From: Promethearchaeota archaeon
GTDB taxonomy: Archaea; Asgardarchaeota; Lokiarchaeia; Sigyniarchaeales; SOKP01
Reading direction: 5' to 3'
Length of the DNA: 64,000 bases
Assembly: GCA_048938005.1 (NCBI GenBank)
Contig: JBHLMQ010000010.1
Span: 40,482 to 104,481, forward strand
In this document: positions 11,173 to 21,479 of the stretch, piece after piece
Layout: every line of letters begins with the position of its first letter
How positions within the stretch are numbered: the first letter of the stretch is position 1
Notes under the pieces: generated by a model
The model's database searches: none
Told to the model about the DNA's origin: nothing
Seen by the model: the letters and a program-made list of their open reading frames with translations, nothing else
Program-made: the position numbers and the translations under genes

Positions 11173-12843
11173 TTATTCAACTAAACTCCAACCCTTTGGT
11201 TTTGCACGAGAATATTGGATTTTACCTTGTTCCTTTAATGAATTGATTTCTTTTTCAATCTCACTATTAGAAAAACCTTTTTCTTTGATATGATTAATAA
11301 ATTGATCTTTAGTTGGGACTATTTTCTGTTCCTTTAAATATTCAATTATTACATCAGTTAATGAGCCACCAGCGCTAACTTTTTCTTTTGAAACAATCTT
11401 TTTAGGCTTCTTCTCAAGAGCGGCTACCAATTTCTCTTTTACAGGTTCGACTGGTTTTTCAATAACTAATGGTTGTACTTTAGGTTTTGGTTGTTCCTCT
11501 ACAATAACTTCGGCTTTAACTTCTTTAGGCATTTCTTTCTGTATTTCTTCTTCTGGTAAGCTCCAAACGGGGTAACTAATCTTTTCATAAATAACTGATT
11601 TTTGCGTCTTTAAAAGTGTGAATTCTTCTAAGATTTCATCTTCAGAATACCCTAAGTCACTCAAATCTTTCATTAAATCTTTTAGATGCCCCTTTTCTTG
11701 TAAAATATTGAAAATGTGTTCTCTAATGTTTGTTGGAACATCTTTCACTTTCGCTAATTCTTTAATTAAATCCTCTTTTTTGGTAATCTTTGTTTCAGGG
11801 ATTTTCATTTTTTGAGGAATGTCAAGGGTTTGTTTTTGACCCCATTCAAAGTCAGTGATGTTATGGATTTTACGGTCATAGCCACCAAATACAATGTGTT
11901 TTATATTTTGCTCTTTCCCGAATATATAACACACATTTTTAATTGAAGTAGATACTTTAGTCTTCCATTTTAATTCAAATTCTTTAGAATCAAGGGATGG
12001 ATTGTGAAAGACTTTTAAAGAACCATCAGCACAGCCAGCAACAATTTCATTAGCATTATCTCCATCTATATCTTCAATTAGCAACGAAAGTGGTCGTCCT
12101 TCTTCAGTATTAATCTCTTTTATAAGATCCCCTTCACTATTAAGGATCTTAATCGTTGAATCATCAGTACTCAGTAGAATTTCATGAAATCCATTATTAA
12201 TTACATCTCCAATTTTTATATCATTAATCTGAAATTTAAAATCTCTCTGCCAAATAATATCTGGCATTTTATCCTCAAATTGAACTAATTGAACTACACC
12301 ATTTTTAGTACCAACTAATAACCCATAAATTGGTTCATCATTATCTGGTAATTGTAAGAAACCTAATGTGCAGGCTGTGACCCAAGAATCGTAATAAAGA
12401 ACATAACTTGGCTTATTAGCCTTAATATCATCGAAAATTTTTAGAGTTTTATCATCACTCCCAAAAATAAGTTCAATATTTCCATCTCGAGTAAAATCTC
12501 CAGCAATACAACAATTTATTCTTTTAGAGGATTTATATCGCATTAATCCTACAAGTTTTTTCTTTTCAACATTTAATTTTAAAACCATGAAATTACCATC
12601 ACCAGCTCCAACTAGTACTTCATCGCAGCCATCTCCATCAATATCAATTGGATAACTACAACGACACCATCCATCAAAAGATCTATCATCAATAATGTCC
12701 TTCTTTTCATCCATTAGATAAAGAGTCTTATCGTGTCCACCAAAAACTAGAAAAATCTTATCTTTACATTTCAATATGGAACACGTTAGCACCGCATCTG
12801 GACATTCAAACATCCAATTTAGTTGATAACGTTTTCTTATCAT
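11173..12843 (-). CDS. cytoplasmic FG-GAP/WD40-like beta-propeller protein with C-terminal winged-helix-like domain
   Basis: Repeats DIDGDGCDEVLVG, GDFTRDGNIELIFGSDD, GDVINNGFHEILLS, DIDGDNANEIVAG; no signal peptide; P/E/K linker; C-terminal helix-helix-helix-hairpin. Confidence 0.75.
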   Translation of the reverse strand: MIRKRYQLNWMFECPDAVLTCSILKCKDKIFLVFGGHDKTLYLMDEKKDIIDDRSFDGWCRCSYPIDIDGDGCDEVLVGAGDGNFMVLKLNVEKKKLVGLMRYKSSKRINCCIAGDFTRDGNIELIFGSDDKTLKIFDDIKANKPSYVLYYDSWVTACTLGFLQLPDNDEPIYGLLVGTKNGVVQLVQFEDKMPDIIWQRDFKFQINDIKIGDVINNGFHEILLSTDDSTIKILNSEGDLIKEINTEEGRPLSLLIEDIDGDNANEIVAGCADGSLKVFHNPSLDSKEFELKWKTKVSTSIKNVCYIFGKEQNIKHIVFGGYDRKIHNITDFEWGQKQTLDIPQKMKIPETKITKKEDLIKELAKVKDVPTNIREHIFNILQEKGHLKDLMKDLSDLGYSEDEILEEFTLLKTQKSVIYEKISYPVWSLPEEEIQKEMPKEVKAEVIVEEQPKPKVQPLVIEKPVEPVKEKLVAALEKKPKKIVSKEKVSAGGSLTDVIIEYLKEQKIVPTKDQFINHIKEKGFSNSEIEKEINSLKEQGKIQYSRAKPKGWSLVE

Positions 12844-12997
12844 GGTTTTCGTAAAAATGTTATTTAAAGTATAAAAATTAATGAAAATAATTAAGTAAAA
12901 TTTCTTTGTTTATTCTATTAATACTTATCACTGCATTTATTAAACTGTTACTGTAAATATAAAAAATAAAAAAAAAATAAAAAATACTTTTTAGATT

Positions 12998-15166
12998 TTA
13001 AAGCGCTAATTGGGCATCAGATGGACTGTATTTTCCTGTACCCTTTATTTCATATGTAATTTCTAATTTATCCCCAATTTCTAGAACATCTACATCCCAT
13101 TTTAGTGTGTCTTGACCTACTTCATCGGTTATTTCTGGAGTCATAGAATAATCACCATATTCGAATTTATCAGGTACCTTATCGAGAAGAACTAAATTGT
13201 GTAATTTAGATTCGCCAATGTTTTCAAGCGTTAATATAATTCTGTAATTTCCGAGATCTCCAATAGGTACAACTTCCTTTCCAATTCTGAATTTTCTTCT
13301 GATATGCATTGCCTCAATTACGGGAACTTCTGGTTTGAACTCTAACTCTTGACTTACGGGATATGTGTTTGCGAGATAGATAATTTCAGATTCGAAGGTG
13401 GATTCACGTGCTGGATTTGTACAATGAATAGGATATTCAAACTCTAAAGTTGAATCTGGTTTAAACATACCAGTACTACTGTCTTTTAAATCTGTAAGAT
13501 CGATTTTAAATGCATTTTCCTTGAAACTTACAGCAGCAGCTGATACTTCAACTTCTTCTCCATCCCACACTAGTTTTATTTCCTCTGCCTTTGGGGGTTG
13601 ATATTCATCCGAGAAGTATTGTTGTACAACAGTCACCTCATTAAGTGGTGCTGAACCATTATTAACCATTTTAAGTGAAGCAATAACATCTTTAGTTCGA
13701 TAAGTTGGAACTTCTGTTAAGTTATATGACATTACTCCAGTAATACTACCAATCTCTAATATGACGTCTGAAAGAGAAGCTGACCCTTTTACGATTGTTT
13801 GAAAATCAGGCATCACTCTAAATTCTAATTTCTTCCTAAAAGTAGGATATTCTTCGCTTTCATACTCCCATTTCGTCGAGTGCCATTGAGCACCACTTGG
13901 TAATAATGGTACATCATTTGGATCAATATCTACAAATTTTTTTGATTTATCTTCTGGAGAATAAACATCTGCATTGAAAAGTTGAATGATAAACTCTGAA
14001 GAATTATCAAATACTAATTTACAATCAAAGATCCCAGGTTCTTCATCCCGTTCAACAGTATCAACATAGAACTTATTTCTTGTATAAGCATCAAATTTGT
14101 CTATATCTAAACCTTCGGCAAATGAAGATGCTCCTTGATATGTGACTTCTACAGTCCCTGTTCTTCTTTTAGTAATATCTGTGACCATAATATTACATGT
14201 AAATTTCATCATAACTGTATATTCAGGGGCCAATTTATCAATTGTCCAAATGATTTGGTTTCCTGAAATCTCAGCTCTTCCTTCGGTTGTGTCTCGGATT
14301 ACAGGATTAGTAAAATCATCAGGGATATTTTTTACAACTTTTATATTAGAAACTGGTTTATCAAACATGCTTCTAAGAGCTATTGCGAAATAAACAACGT
14401 TGTCCCTATCAATTGAGATTCCAAACGATTCTAAGCCGGTTTCAACAAGATCTCCACCATCTCCCCAAGTTTCTCCTTCGTCTTCTTCTTCCTCTTCTTC
14501 TTCCTCCTCTTCCTCCTCTTCTACTTCTGGTTCTTTTGGAGGGGCTTTTGGTTTGGCAGAGACCTCACTTTTTGTATCCTTTAATTTTAATAACTCTTTT
14601 TCAATATCATTTATATTTAAAACATCATCAGCATTTGGTAGAGTGCAAATGAATTCTTTCACAAGTAATAAATTTTTTATATCTTTCGTTATTTTAAAGT
14701 CTCTTGAGTCAACGTTATCAGGTTCTTCAGTCCCTAATTCTTGTATCGAAATATCTTTTGATTTTAAATTTGTACTTCCTATGTTTTTAAGTGAAACATC
14801 AATATCCCATAATCTATCAACGGAACTTGGATTTTCAATATTTAATTTTCCAGTATGAGTAAATGAATCAACAACAGCATCATGATCTTGTACTACATCC
14901 ACTTCTTCAATTATTTTTACTAAAGCTAGTAATCCCTCTCTATTCCTATCTTTCAGAACGATGCTACCCTCTAGTTTTCCCGTATCCTCATCATAAGTCT
15001 CAATAACCGGTGTTGCGGTATCTCTATCGAGCAATTCAACTCTCCCTGTATCCATATCCTTTCTTTTTAATGCATCAGCTATAATTTCTTCTTCAGCTTC
15101 TGCTTTATCCCAGCCCATTCGCGCTGTTGGTCTTGTTTCTCTCTTTTTCTTATCTTTTCGAGCCAT
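12998..15166 (-). CDS. large acidic cytoplasmic protein with multiple beta-sandwich (DUF11/adaptin-like) domains and a poly-Glu linker
   Basis: Repeated segments such as NIKVVKNIP..F...IIWTIDKLAP and LENIG...LLDKVP...LKWDVDVLE.G; no signal peptide or TM. Confidence 0.6.
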   Translation of the reverse strand: MARKDKKKRETRPTARMGWDKAEAEEEIIADALKRKDMDTGRVELLDRDTATPVIETYDEDTGKLEGSIVLKDRNREGLLALVKIIEEVDVVQDHDAVVDSFTHTGKLNIENPSSVDRLWDIDVSLKNIGSTNLKSKDISIQELGTEEPDNVDSRDFKITKDIKNLLLVKEFICTLPNADDVLNINDIEKELLKLKDTKSEVSAKPKAPPKEPEVEEEEEEEEEEEEEDEGETWGDGGDLVETGLESFGISIDRDNVVYFAIALRSMFDKPVSNIKVVKNIPDDFTNPVIRDTTEGRAEISGNQIIWTIDKLAPEYTVMMKFTCNIMVTDITKRRTGTVEVTYQGASSFAEGLDIDKFDAYTRNKFYVDTVERDEEPGIFDCKLVFDNSSEFIIQLFNADVYSPEDKSKKFVDIDPNDVPLLPSGAQWHSTKWEYESEEYPTFRKKLEFRVMPDFQTIVKGSASLSDVILEIGSITGVMSYNLTEVPTYRTKDVIASLKMVNNGSAPLNEVTVVQQYFSDEYQPPKAEEIKLVWDGEEVEVSAAAVSFKENAFKIDLTDLKDSSTGMFKPDSTLEFEYPIHCTNPARESTFESEIIYLANTYPVSQELEFKPEVPVIEAMHIRRKFRIGKEVVPIGDLGNYRIILTLENIGESKLHNLVLLDKVPDKFEYGDYSMTPEITDEVGQDTLKWDVDVLEIGDKLEITYEIKGTGKYSPSDAQLAL

Positions 15167-15321
15167 TATTTTTTACCAAGAATATATTTTTTATTAAATT
15201 GAAAATTATTTACCAATTAATAAAAATTAATCGATAATCTAAATTCATCGACAAACTTTAAAAAATTTATCAATATAAAGTAAGAGAGTTGTGTGTAAAG
15301 GAAATAAAGTTGTATTCAATT

Positions 15322-15483
15322 TTATAAGCATTTATTATCAAACTCTCTTGGAATAAAGGAAAAAAATTTAGGATCCTTAAATTCATGACCACACATTGGA
15401 CAAACTATCTTAGCTTTTTCTGGTTTAATGTCAGAATATCTGAAACTAAAACCGCAAGCAGGACAAATTATTATTTCACTCAT
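15322..15483 (-). CDS. 53-aa zinc-ribbon protein (absent from ORF track)
   Basis: Hand translation MSEIIICPACGFSFRYSDIKPEKAKIVCPMCGHEFKDPKFFSFIPREFDNKCL*; two CPxCG knuckles. Confidence 0.75.
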   Translation of the reverse strand: MSEIIICPACGFSFRYSDIKPEKAKIVCPMCGHEFKDPKFFSFIPREFDNKCL

Positions 15484-15519
15484 CTTCTATATTTCTATTT
15501 TAAAGTTTATTAATTTAAA

Positions 15520-16941
15520 TTAACTTGAAACCAGAATCAAGATTAAATCATTAACATTGCATCCTGTAGGACCAGTAATAATCTCGGTTCTAATTTTTCT
15601 AAAAAAACTATTAGAGTCATTGTTATCCAAAAATCGTTTAATATCAATATCTTCTTCCTTAATATTGTCTACGACTGCATTATCAACTAGAGCTCCACAT
15701 GCTGTGCTATTCCCCTCAATTCCATCTAAGTTCGCTCCAATTATTAAAAAATTATATTCAAATTCTTTATCCTTTATAAAATCTAAAAAGCTTAACAACA
15801 TCTCTTGGTTCCTTCCTCCTATACCATCACCTCTAATTGTTACAGTTAATTCACCAGTTCCAATTAAAGCTATTTTTTCACCGTTATTTTGACTTCGACT
15901 ATCTTCTACTTGTTGTGAAATTGTTCTAAAGAGTGATTTTCCAAACTCCTTAGCTTCACCAATTACGTTATTAGAAAAATATTTAACTTTAAATCCTTTA
16001 TTCTTTAAGAAAGATTTAATTTCATGGACAGCAGAAGTCACACTTCCAATTAGATAATTATAAACATTAGTAAAACACGGATCATTGGATTTTGGGTTTT
16101 CTAATTTTTGATTTGAGGATCCTTTTTCTAGGTGATCTTTTACGGAGCTAGGAATAATGTCTAAAAGATGATATTTCTTTACAATTTCAAGAGCATCCTT
16201 AAATGTAGTTTTATCAGGAACAGTTGGTCCAGAAGCGATTGAATCTAAATTATCTCCAACAACATCTGAAATAATTAAAGAAATTAATGTGGCACCGCTC
16301 TTATTGTATAATTTCTTTGCTAGATTACCTCCTTTAAATTCTGATAAATGTTTACGAATAGTATTAATTTCATGAATTGATGCCCCGGATGATAAAAGTA
16401 AGGAGTTGACACTCTTTAAATCTTGAAGGGTTATACCCTGTTTTGGGAATGGAAGTAAAGAGGAACCTCCTCCAGAAATCAAACAGAGAAATAGATCATT
16501 TTTATTTGATTTTTCGATGATTCTCATCATGGATTTAGTTCCTTTAAGGCCATCTTCATTAGGAATGGGATGAGAAGCAAAATTGATAGAAATTTTACTT
16601 TTTTCAAAGAACTTCTGGGTTTTTTCATCTTTTGGTATGTTAATATTCCCTTCGTATTCAATATCTTTCAATTCTATTAAAAATCTTTCAAGCGAGAATG
16701 CCATTTCAGCAGTTGCCTTACCACCACCAATTATATAAATCTTTTTGAACTTATTCAAATCATACTCATCGTTTTCAATAAATAATTTCTTTTTATGGAT
16801 TTTTACTGCTTTTTCCATTAAATTTTCAGGTTTTACAGCAGATATTGAAATTTCAAGAGCATTTATTCCAATTTCTCTTAAAACGAGTTGATTGTTATCT
16901 AAGTCTTTCAAGAGTAATTGTGAAGTATTTTTAATGTACAA
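15520..16941 (-). CDS. glycerate 2-kinase (MOFRL/TtuD family)
   Basis: GGGKA, ASHPIP, LISGGGSSL, INTIRKHLS..KGG, SDVVGD...IASGPT, GGRNQE, DGIEG, TGPTGCNVND; likely TTG start after GGGG. Confidence 0.9.
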   Translation of the reverse strand: MYIKNTSQLLLKDLDNNQLVLREIGINALEISISAVKPENLMEKAVKIHKKKLFIENDEYDLNKFKKIYIIGGGKATAEMAFSLERFLIELKDIEYEGNINIPKDEKTQKFFEKSKISINFASHPIPNEDGLKGTKSMMRIIEKSNKNDLFLCLISGGGSSLLPFPKQGITLQDLKSVNSLLLSSGASIHEINTIRKHLSEFKGGNLAKKLYNKSGATLISLIISDVVGDNLDSIASGPTVPDKTTFKDALEIVKKYHLLDIIPSSVKDHLEKGSSNQKLENPKSNDPCFTNVYNYLIGSVTSAVHEIKSFLKNKGFKVKYFSNNVIGEAKEFGKSLFRTISQQVEDSRSQNNGEKIALIGTGELTVTIRGDGIGGRNQEMLLSFLDFIKDKEFEYNFLIIGANLDGIEGNSTACGALVDNAVVDNIKEEDIDIKRFLDNNDSNSFFRKIRTEIITGPTGCNVNDLILILVSS

Positions 16942-17106
16942 ATATACCCCTTCAATAAGAAAATAATTATAAGTGTTAAATTTCTGATATATAATCCTTT
17001 TCAATTTAATAAATTATTTGTATAAAATTTATTACTTATTGATCTATTAACAATTTTAACACCAAATTATATTTAAATTCAATAAAATCACTTTTTTGAA
17101 GTTCTT

Positions 17107-18588
17107 ATGTCAGATATTCTTTATGATATTGCAATTATAGGTGCTGGACCTGGGGGATACCATGCTGCAATAAGAGCGGCTCAATATGGCGCCAAAATCG
17201 CATTGATTGAGAAAAATAAATTAGGAGGGACTTGCTTAAATCTTGGATGCATACCTACTAAAGCTTTATACGCTTCAGCGCAATTAATTGAAAAAATCCA
17301 GAATTTTGATGAATTTGGATTAGAGATTAAAGATTATAAACTTAATTTTAAAAAAGCAGTAGAACGGAAAAACAGAGTTGTTCAAGCGTTGGTTGAAGGA
17401 ATTGGTGCGTTAGAGAAGGCTTGGAAAAATGATTTATTTTATGGACATGGAAAAATTTTGGGAGGTAATATTTCTTCTGGGTTTGAAATCTCGATAGAAG
17501 GCGAAGATGATAAAATAATTAAAGCAAAAAGAGTAATAATAGCTACAGGATCTTCACCTGCTTTAATTCCTGCGTTTAATATTGACCATGAAAAAATATT
17601 GACGAGTGATGATATTCTTGATCCTAAATTTACAACTGTTCCAAAGAGATTACTAATAATTGGCGCGGGTATAGTCGGATGTGAGTTTGCAAATATATTT
17701 GCAGCTTTTGGAAGCAAAGTAACAATGCTAGAGTACCTATCTTCGCCTATAGCGACAGAAGAACCTATGATTGTAAAAGAGCTATTAAAAAAATTTGAAA
17801 ACTTAGGAATTGAAGTAAAAACGTCCCAGAACGTATTGTCTGTTGAAAATATAGGAACTGGTGTGAAAGTTATGACTTGTTCTGCCTCTATTCCAAGAGA
17901 TCAAATTGAGGCTACTGAAAAATTTATATTTGAAGCCGATTTATGTTTAGTCTCAATTGGTAGAGTAAAAGAATCACAAAATTTAGGATTAGAGGATTTA
18001 GATATTAAAACTCATAGGGGCACAATTAAGTGTGACACTGAAACTTTAGAAACGTCTGTTAAAGGGATTTATGCAATTGGAGATGTTACTGGAGGATTGA
18101 TGTTAGCTCATGTTGCATATTATGAAGCAGATGTAGCTGTAGCGAATGCTTTAGCTAGTATAGGAGGCTTCCCAGTCAATAAAATGAAAACAGATTATAA
18201 GGTTGTTCCTGCAACAATATTTACAACTCCTAATATTAGTTCTGTAGGATTTAGAAGAAAAGCAGCTAAAGATCGTGGAATTAATGTTATTATGGGTCAA
18301 TTTCCATATCAATCGCTTGGAAAAGCAAAATGTATGGGAGAAGAGAAGGGTTTTATTATGACATTAGCTGATAAAGAAGATCTACGAATAATAGGGGCTT
18401 CATGTATCGGCATCGAGTCTTCTGAACTTATCGCAGAACTTGCTTTAGCAATAAAACATAACCTTAAAGTGCGTGATATCGCAGAAACTATTCATTGCCA
18501 TCCTACAATATCTGAAATGGTACTTGAAGGAACCGAAGCTATTATTGGAAAGGCAATACATAAAAAAGGACGACCTTTATACCAATAG
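17107..18588 (+). CDS. lpdA: dihydrolipoamide dehydrogenase
   Basis: GAGPGGY, GGTCLNLGCIPTK redox disulfide, GAGIVGCEFA, AIGDV...LAH, HCHPTISE. Confidence 0.9.
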   Translation: MSDILYDIAIIGAGPGGYHAAIRAAQYGAKIALIEKNKLGGTCLNLGCIPTKALYASAQLIEKIQNFDEFGLEIKDYKLNFKKAVERKNRVVQALVEGIGALEKAWKNDLFYGHGKILGGNISSGFEISIEGEDDKIIKAKRVIIATGSSPALIPAFNIDHEKILTSDDILDPKFTTVPKRLLIIGAGIVGCEFANIFAAFGSKVTMLEYLSSPIATEEPMIVKELLKKFENLGIEVKTSQNVLSVENIGTGVKVMTCSASIPRDQIEATEKFIFEADLCLVSIGRVKESQNLGLEDLDIKTHRGTIKCDTETLETSVKGIYAIGDVTGGLMLAHVAYYEADVAVANALASIGGFPVNKMKTDYKVVPATIFTTPNISSVGFRRKAAKDRGINVIMGQFPYQSLGKAKCMGEEKGFIMTLADKEDLRIIGASCIGIESSELIAELALAIKHNLKVRDIAETIHCHPTISEMVLEGTEAIIGKAIHKKGRPLYQ

Positions 18589-18598
18589 ATAAATTTAT

Positions 18599-20650
18599 TT
18601 ATCTATTAATATCCTTAATCTTAAAAGAAATTAACTTTCCATCTTTAATGATTATTTCTCTATATGATCCAGCAGTTTTAGGGTTCTTATAGCTACCTAA
18701 TCCTAGAGCCGGAGTTTGAACGACAAAAGGTCCATTATCTCGTATTACTTTTGCATTAGTATATATCTCAGAATAATTATCATAAAATATTGCTGCTGGA
18801 TTTTCAATTTTTTTCAATCTGAATGGAGGGGCATCATAAACACTTGATTTTTTCTCAGTATCTTCCAATCTAAATTCTTGATTACTATGTGTGTGACCAC
18901 ATAAAGTGAGTTTTGCATAATTTTTGCAAAATTCAATAAGTCTTTCCCAATTTGATGATATACATCCGAATTTTACGTTAAATACACCATCAATACGTGC
19001 TGAAGATATAGGTTTTCCTAATTTTTTGATAAATGATTCTTTGAACTCACTTATCTTCTTTCTAATAATACGATGCCCTTTTTTTTCAAATATATTAATA
19101 GTTAACTTTTTTGATTCTGAGTTTAATGGAGGTCCATGCAAAAAAAGAAATGTATTTGTACTTTTATTTATTTGACTATTGATTAGATTTTCTAAATATT
19201 GTATTTGTTTATGTGAAATTCCTGTAACAGATGGATGTCCGGTAATTAAATCTCTGATATTTCTATATGAGTCTGACCCAGTGTTCAAAATAATAAATAG
19301 ATTATTCCCAAGTATTAAAGAAAAATCAATTGATGAGCTTATTTCTGATAAATACCCTTTTAAAGCTAACGAGGTCTTAGTTAAAGCTGTTATAGGTGAA
19401 GCGGAAAACATTTCATTCAATGCAATTGCTTCAGAAGCATTTAGTCCAATTTTTTTATACATCTCTGCCCATGTTAAATCATAATGGAAAGGGCGATAAT
19501 CATGATTCCCTATAGTGGTGAATATTGGACAATTTAATTCTTCACCCCTTATTACTCCTTTATGTTTTTCTTTTAGTGGAAGATTCAGGATTATATTTTT
19601 AAAAATCTGCCAATTGCTATCTTTATACTTAAACTCATTTAATTTACGCAATTTTTTTGAAAATCTACTCAAAATTGTATAATCAACAAGATCTCCTGTC
19701 AATACAATGAAGTCAAGCTCATTTCTTAATACTTTCTTATTCATCAATTTTATAAATTTCCTAAATTGATTATTTGGATTAATCAAACGCTTCCTCAATG
19801 GGATTTTAATGTCAGATAATAATCGTTCTGATGTCTTTTTCTTCTTTTTGATTTTCAATTTTTTTTTTACTGTCCTAAAAAAATCTTCAACACTCTCTCT
19901 GATGGAAGATTCAGTCCATTTTTTTATGATTTCATACAACCTATCGTTACGTTCTGCTAAGTGCAAATCCGTTGCATGAACAAATGTGAAATCTTTCCAT
20001 TTCTGTTTGGAAACTACAAGTGAATGATAATTTATACGGCTATTTGGGGAATGGATATCGAACATAACAAAATTTCGTTCCTTCAAAAATTTAAGGACTT
20101 CCTTACTTAAAGTAAATTCAACATATACTTTATAAAATCTATTTAATTCACCAAACACTTTATTCTTTATTAATAATTCTTGAGGACTAAAATCTTTTAT
20201 ATAAGAGATATCATGAATAGGTGTTATAGAAGAATTTTCAACATTTATTACTTTAGTAAAAATAGGTTCCCCTCTATGGAGTCGAGATTTTAATTTTTTT
20301 AGCTGTTCTAAATTTAGATCTGTTTCTGATATAATTTTTGCTTTGTCTTTTATTAATTTCTTTTTTTTTTTTTTAGCTCTTCTCTCTCTCCATTTTGAAA
20401 ACAAACCTTTAGGTTTTTTAGTAAAAATTAATTTATATGACAATTTATAATCGAATAAAGGAATTAAAGATATTTCTTTTTGAAGAGATCTACTAAAACT
20501 CTCTACATCTGAATCATTACTAATAAAAAATAAATGAGTTCGAAAATTTTTATTTTTCAATTTACGATCTATTTTTAAAATTAACGGACGCCCCAAATTT
20601 GGACTAACAAGGACTGATTTTTCTGTTTTTCCTATTTCTGTCATATTCAA
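18599..20650 (-). CDS. calcineurin-like metallophosphoesterase with long basic N-terminal extension
   Basis: TDLH, TGDLVD, GNHD, FLH, GHTH motifs; Lys-rich tracts. Confidence 0.8.
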   Translation of the reverse strand: MNMTEIGKTEKSVLVSPNLGRPLILKIDRKLKNKNFRTHLFFISNDSDVESFSRSLQKEISLIPLFDYKLSYKLIFTKKPKGLFSKWRERRAKKKKKKLIKDKAKIISETDLNLEQLKKLKSRLHRGEPIFTKVINVENSSITPIHDISYIKDFSPQELLIKNKVFGELNRFYKVYVEFTLSKEVLKFLKERNFVMFDIHSPNSRINYHSLVVSKQKWKDFTFVHATDLHLAERNDRLYEIIKKWTESSIRESVEDFFRTVKKKLKIKKKKKTSERLLSDIKIPLRKRLINPNNQFRKFIKLMNKKVLRNELDFIVLTGDLVDYTILSRFSKKLRKLNEFKYKDSNWQIFKNIILNLPLKEKHKGVIRGEELNCPIFTTIGNHDYRPFHYDLTWAEMYKKIGLNASEAIALNEMFSASPITALTKTSLALKGYLSEISSSIDFSLILGNNLFIILNTGSDSYRNIRDLITGHPSVTGISHKQIQYLENLINSQINKSTNTFLFLHGPPLNSESKKLTINIFEKKGHRIIRKKISEFKESFIKKLGKPISSARIDGVFNVKFGCISSNWERLIEFCKNYAKLTLCGHTHSNQEFRLEDTEKKSSVYDAPPFRLKKIENPAAIFYDNYSEIYTNAKVIRDNGPFVVQTPALGLGSYKNPKTAGSYREIIIKDGKLISFKIKDINR

Positions 20651-20823
20651 TTATTAAGGGGGTATTCTATTAATGAAGCTAATTATTAGATATATTTCAA
20701 AATTTTATACTTTTTCTTATAAAATAATTGCGATTTAAAAATATAATTAAGTCTCTATTTTATAACTTCAATTATAAGCATATTATTTTAACTAAATATC
20801 GTAAAATATACTTATATTCTACT

Positions 20824-21105
20824 TTAAACACCTTCTAAATGAGCTAAATTGACAAATATTACGTTATCACCACGAACAACAATAGAACCTAAATTCTCAT
20901 GCTCCTCCCGAATATTACCCTCATCATCTTGGTATTCAAAAATCTGACTGGTCTCTTCAAGATATAAATTTAAATGCTCATCAAATCCACCAAGTCGCCC
21001 TCTAAACAAACGATTGCGTTTAACTTTAATAAGGATTATTTTATTAACAGATGATTTTAAATAATCTATAGGGCGATTTGACCTCGTATAACTTTCACGT
21101 GACAT
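20824..21105 (-). CDS. Sm/Lsm-like RNA-binding protein (SmAP)
   Basis: RPIDYL, Sm1 GRLGGFDEHLNLYL, Sm2 IVVRGDNVIFV. Confidence 0.92.
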   Translation of the reverse strand: MSRESYTRSNRPIDYLKSSVNKIILIKVKRNRLFRGRLGGFDEHLNLYLEETSQIFEYQDDEGNIREEHENLGSIVVRGDNVIFVNLAHLEGV

Positions 21106-21232
21106 TATTAATAAGACTCAAAAAAAACAATTATTCATAAAAAAATATTTATAATTACAATTAAATACACTATAAATTAAAACCTTTTGATTATTTTTAT
21201 AGTTAAATACATAAAAACTCACATAAAAATCA

Positions 21233-21397
21233 ATGATAAAATTGTCTAAAGAAGAACAAGAGGATAAACGAACAGTAACATGTTGCGTTATGAATTGTCA
21301 GATAGAAGTGCCTATTGATAAGGCAATAGTTATCGAGGGTAAATACTTTTGTCCTATTTGTGGTGTGGCTTATTATCGAAGTTTTCTCAATTTATAA
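21233..21397 (+). CDS. 54-aa zinc-finger protein (treble-clef-like; absent from ORF track)
   Basis: Hand translation MIKLSKEEQEDKRTVTCCVMNCQIEVPIDKAIVIEGKYFCPICGVAYYRSFLNL*. Confidence 0.7.
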   Translation: MIKLSKEEQEDKRTVTCCVMNCQIEVPIDKAIVIEGKYFCPICGVAYYRSFLNL

Positions 21398-21479
21398 TTT
21401 AATAATATGTTTGGTTATAATCGTTTAAATTTTTATTATAAAATGTTTTTATATGATTATAAAAGAGCTGATTAATATT

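Noticed and set aside
14142-14858. Plus-strand ORFs including a poly-Ser 152-aa frame
   Set aside because: Antisense shadows of the poly-Glu region of the 722-aa gene
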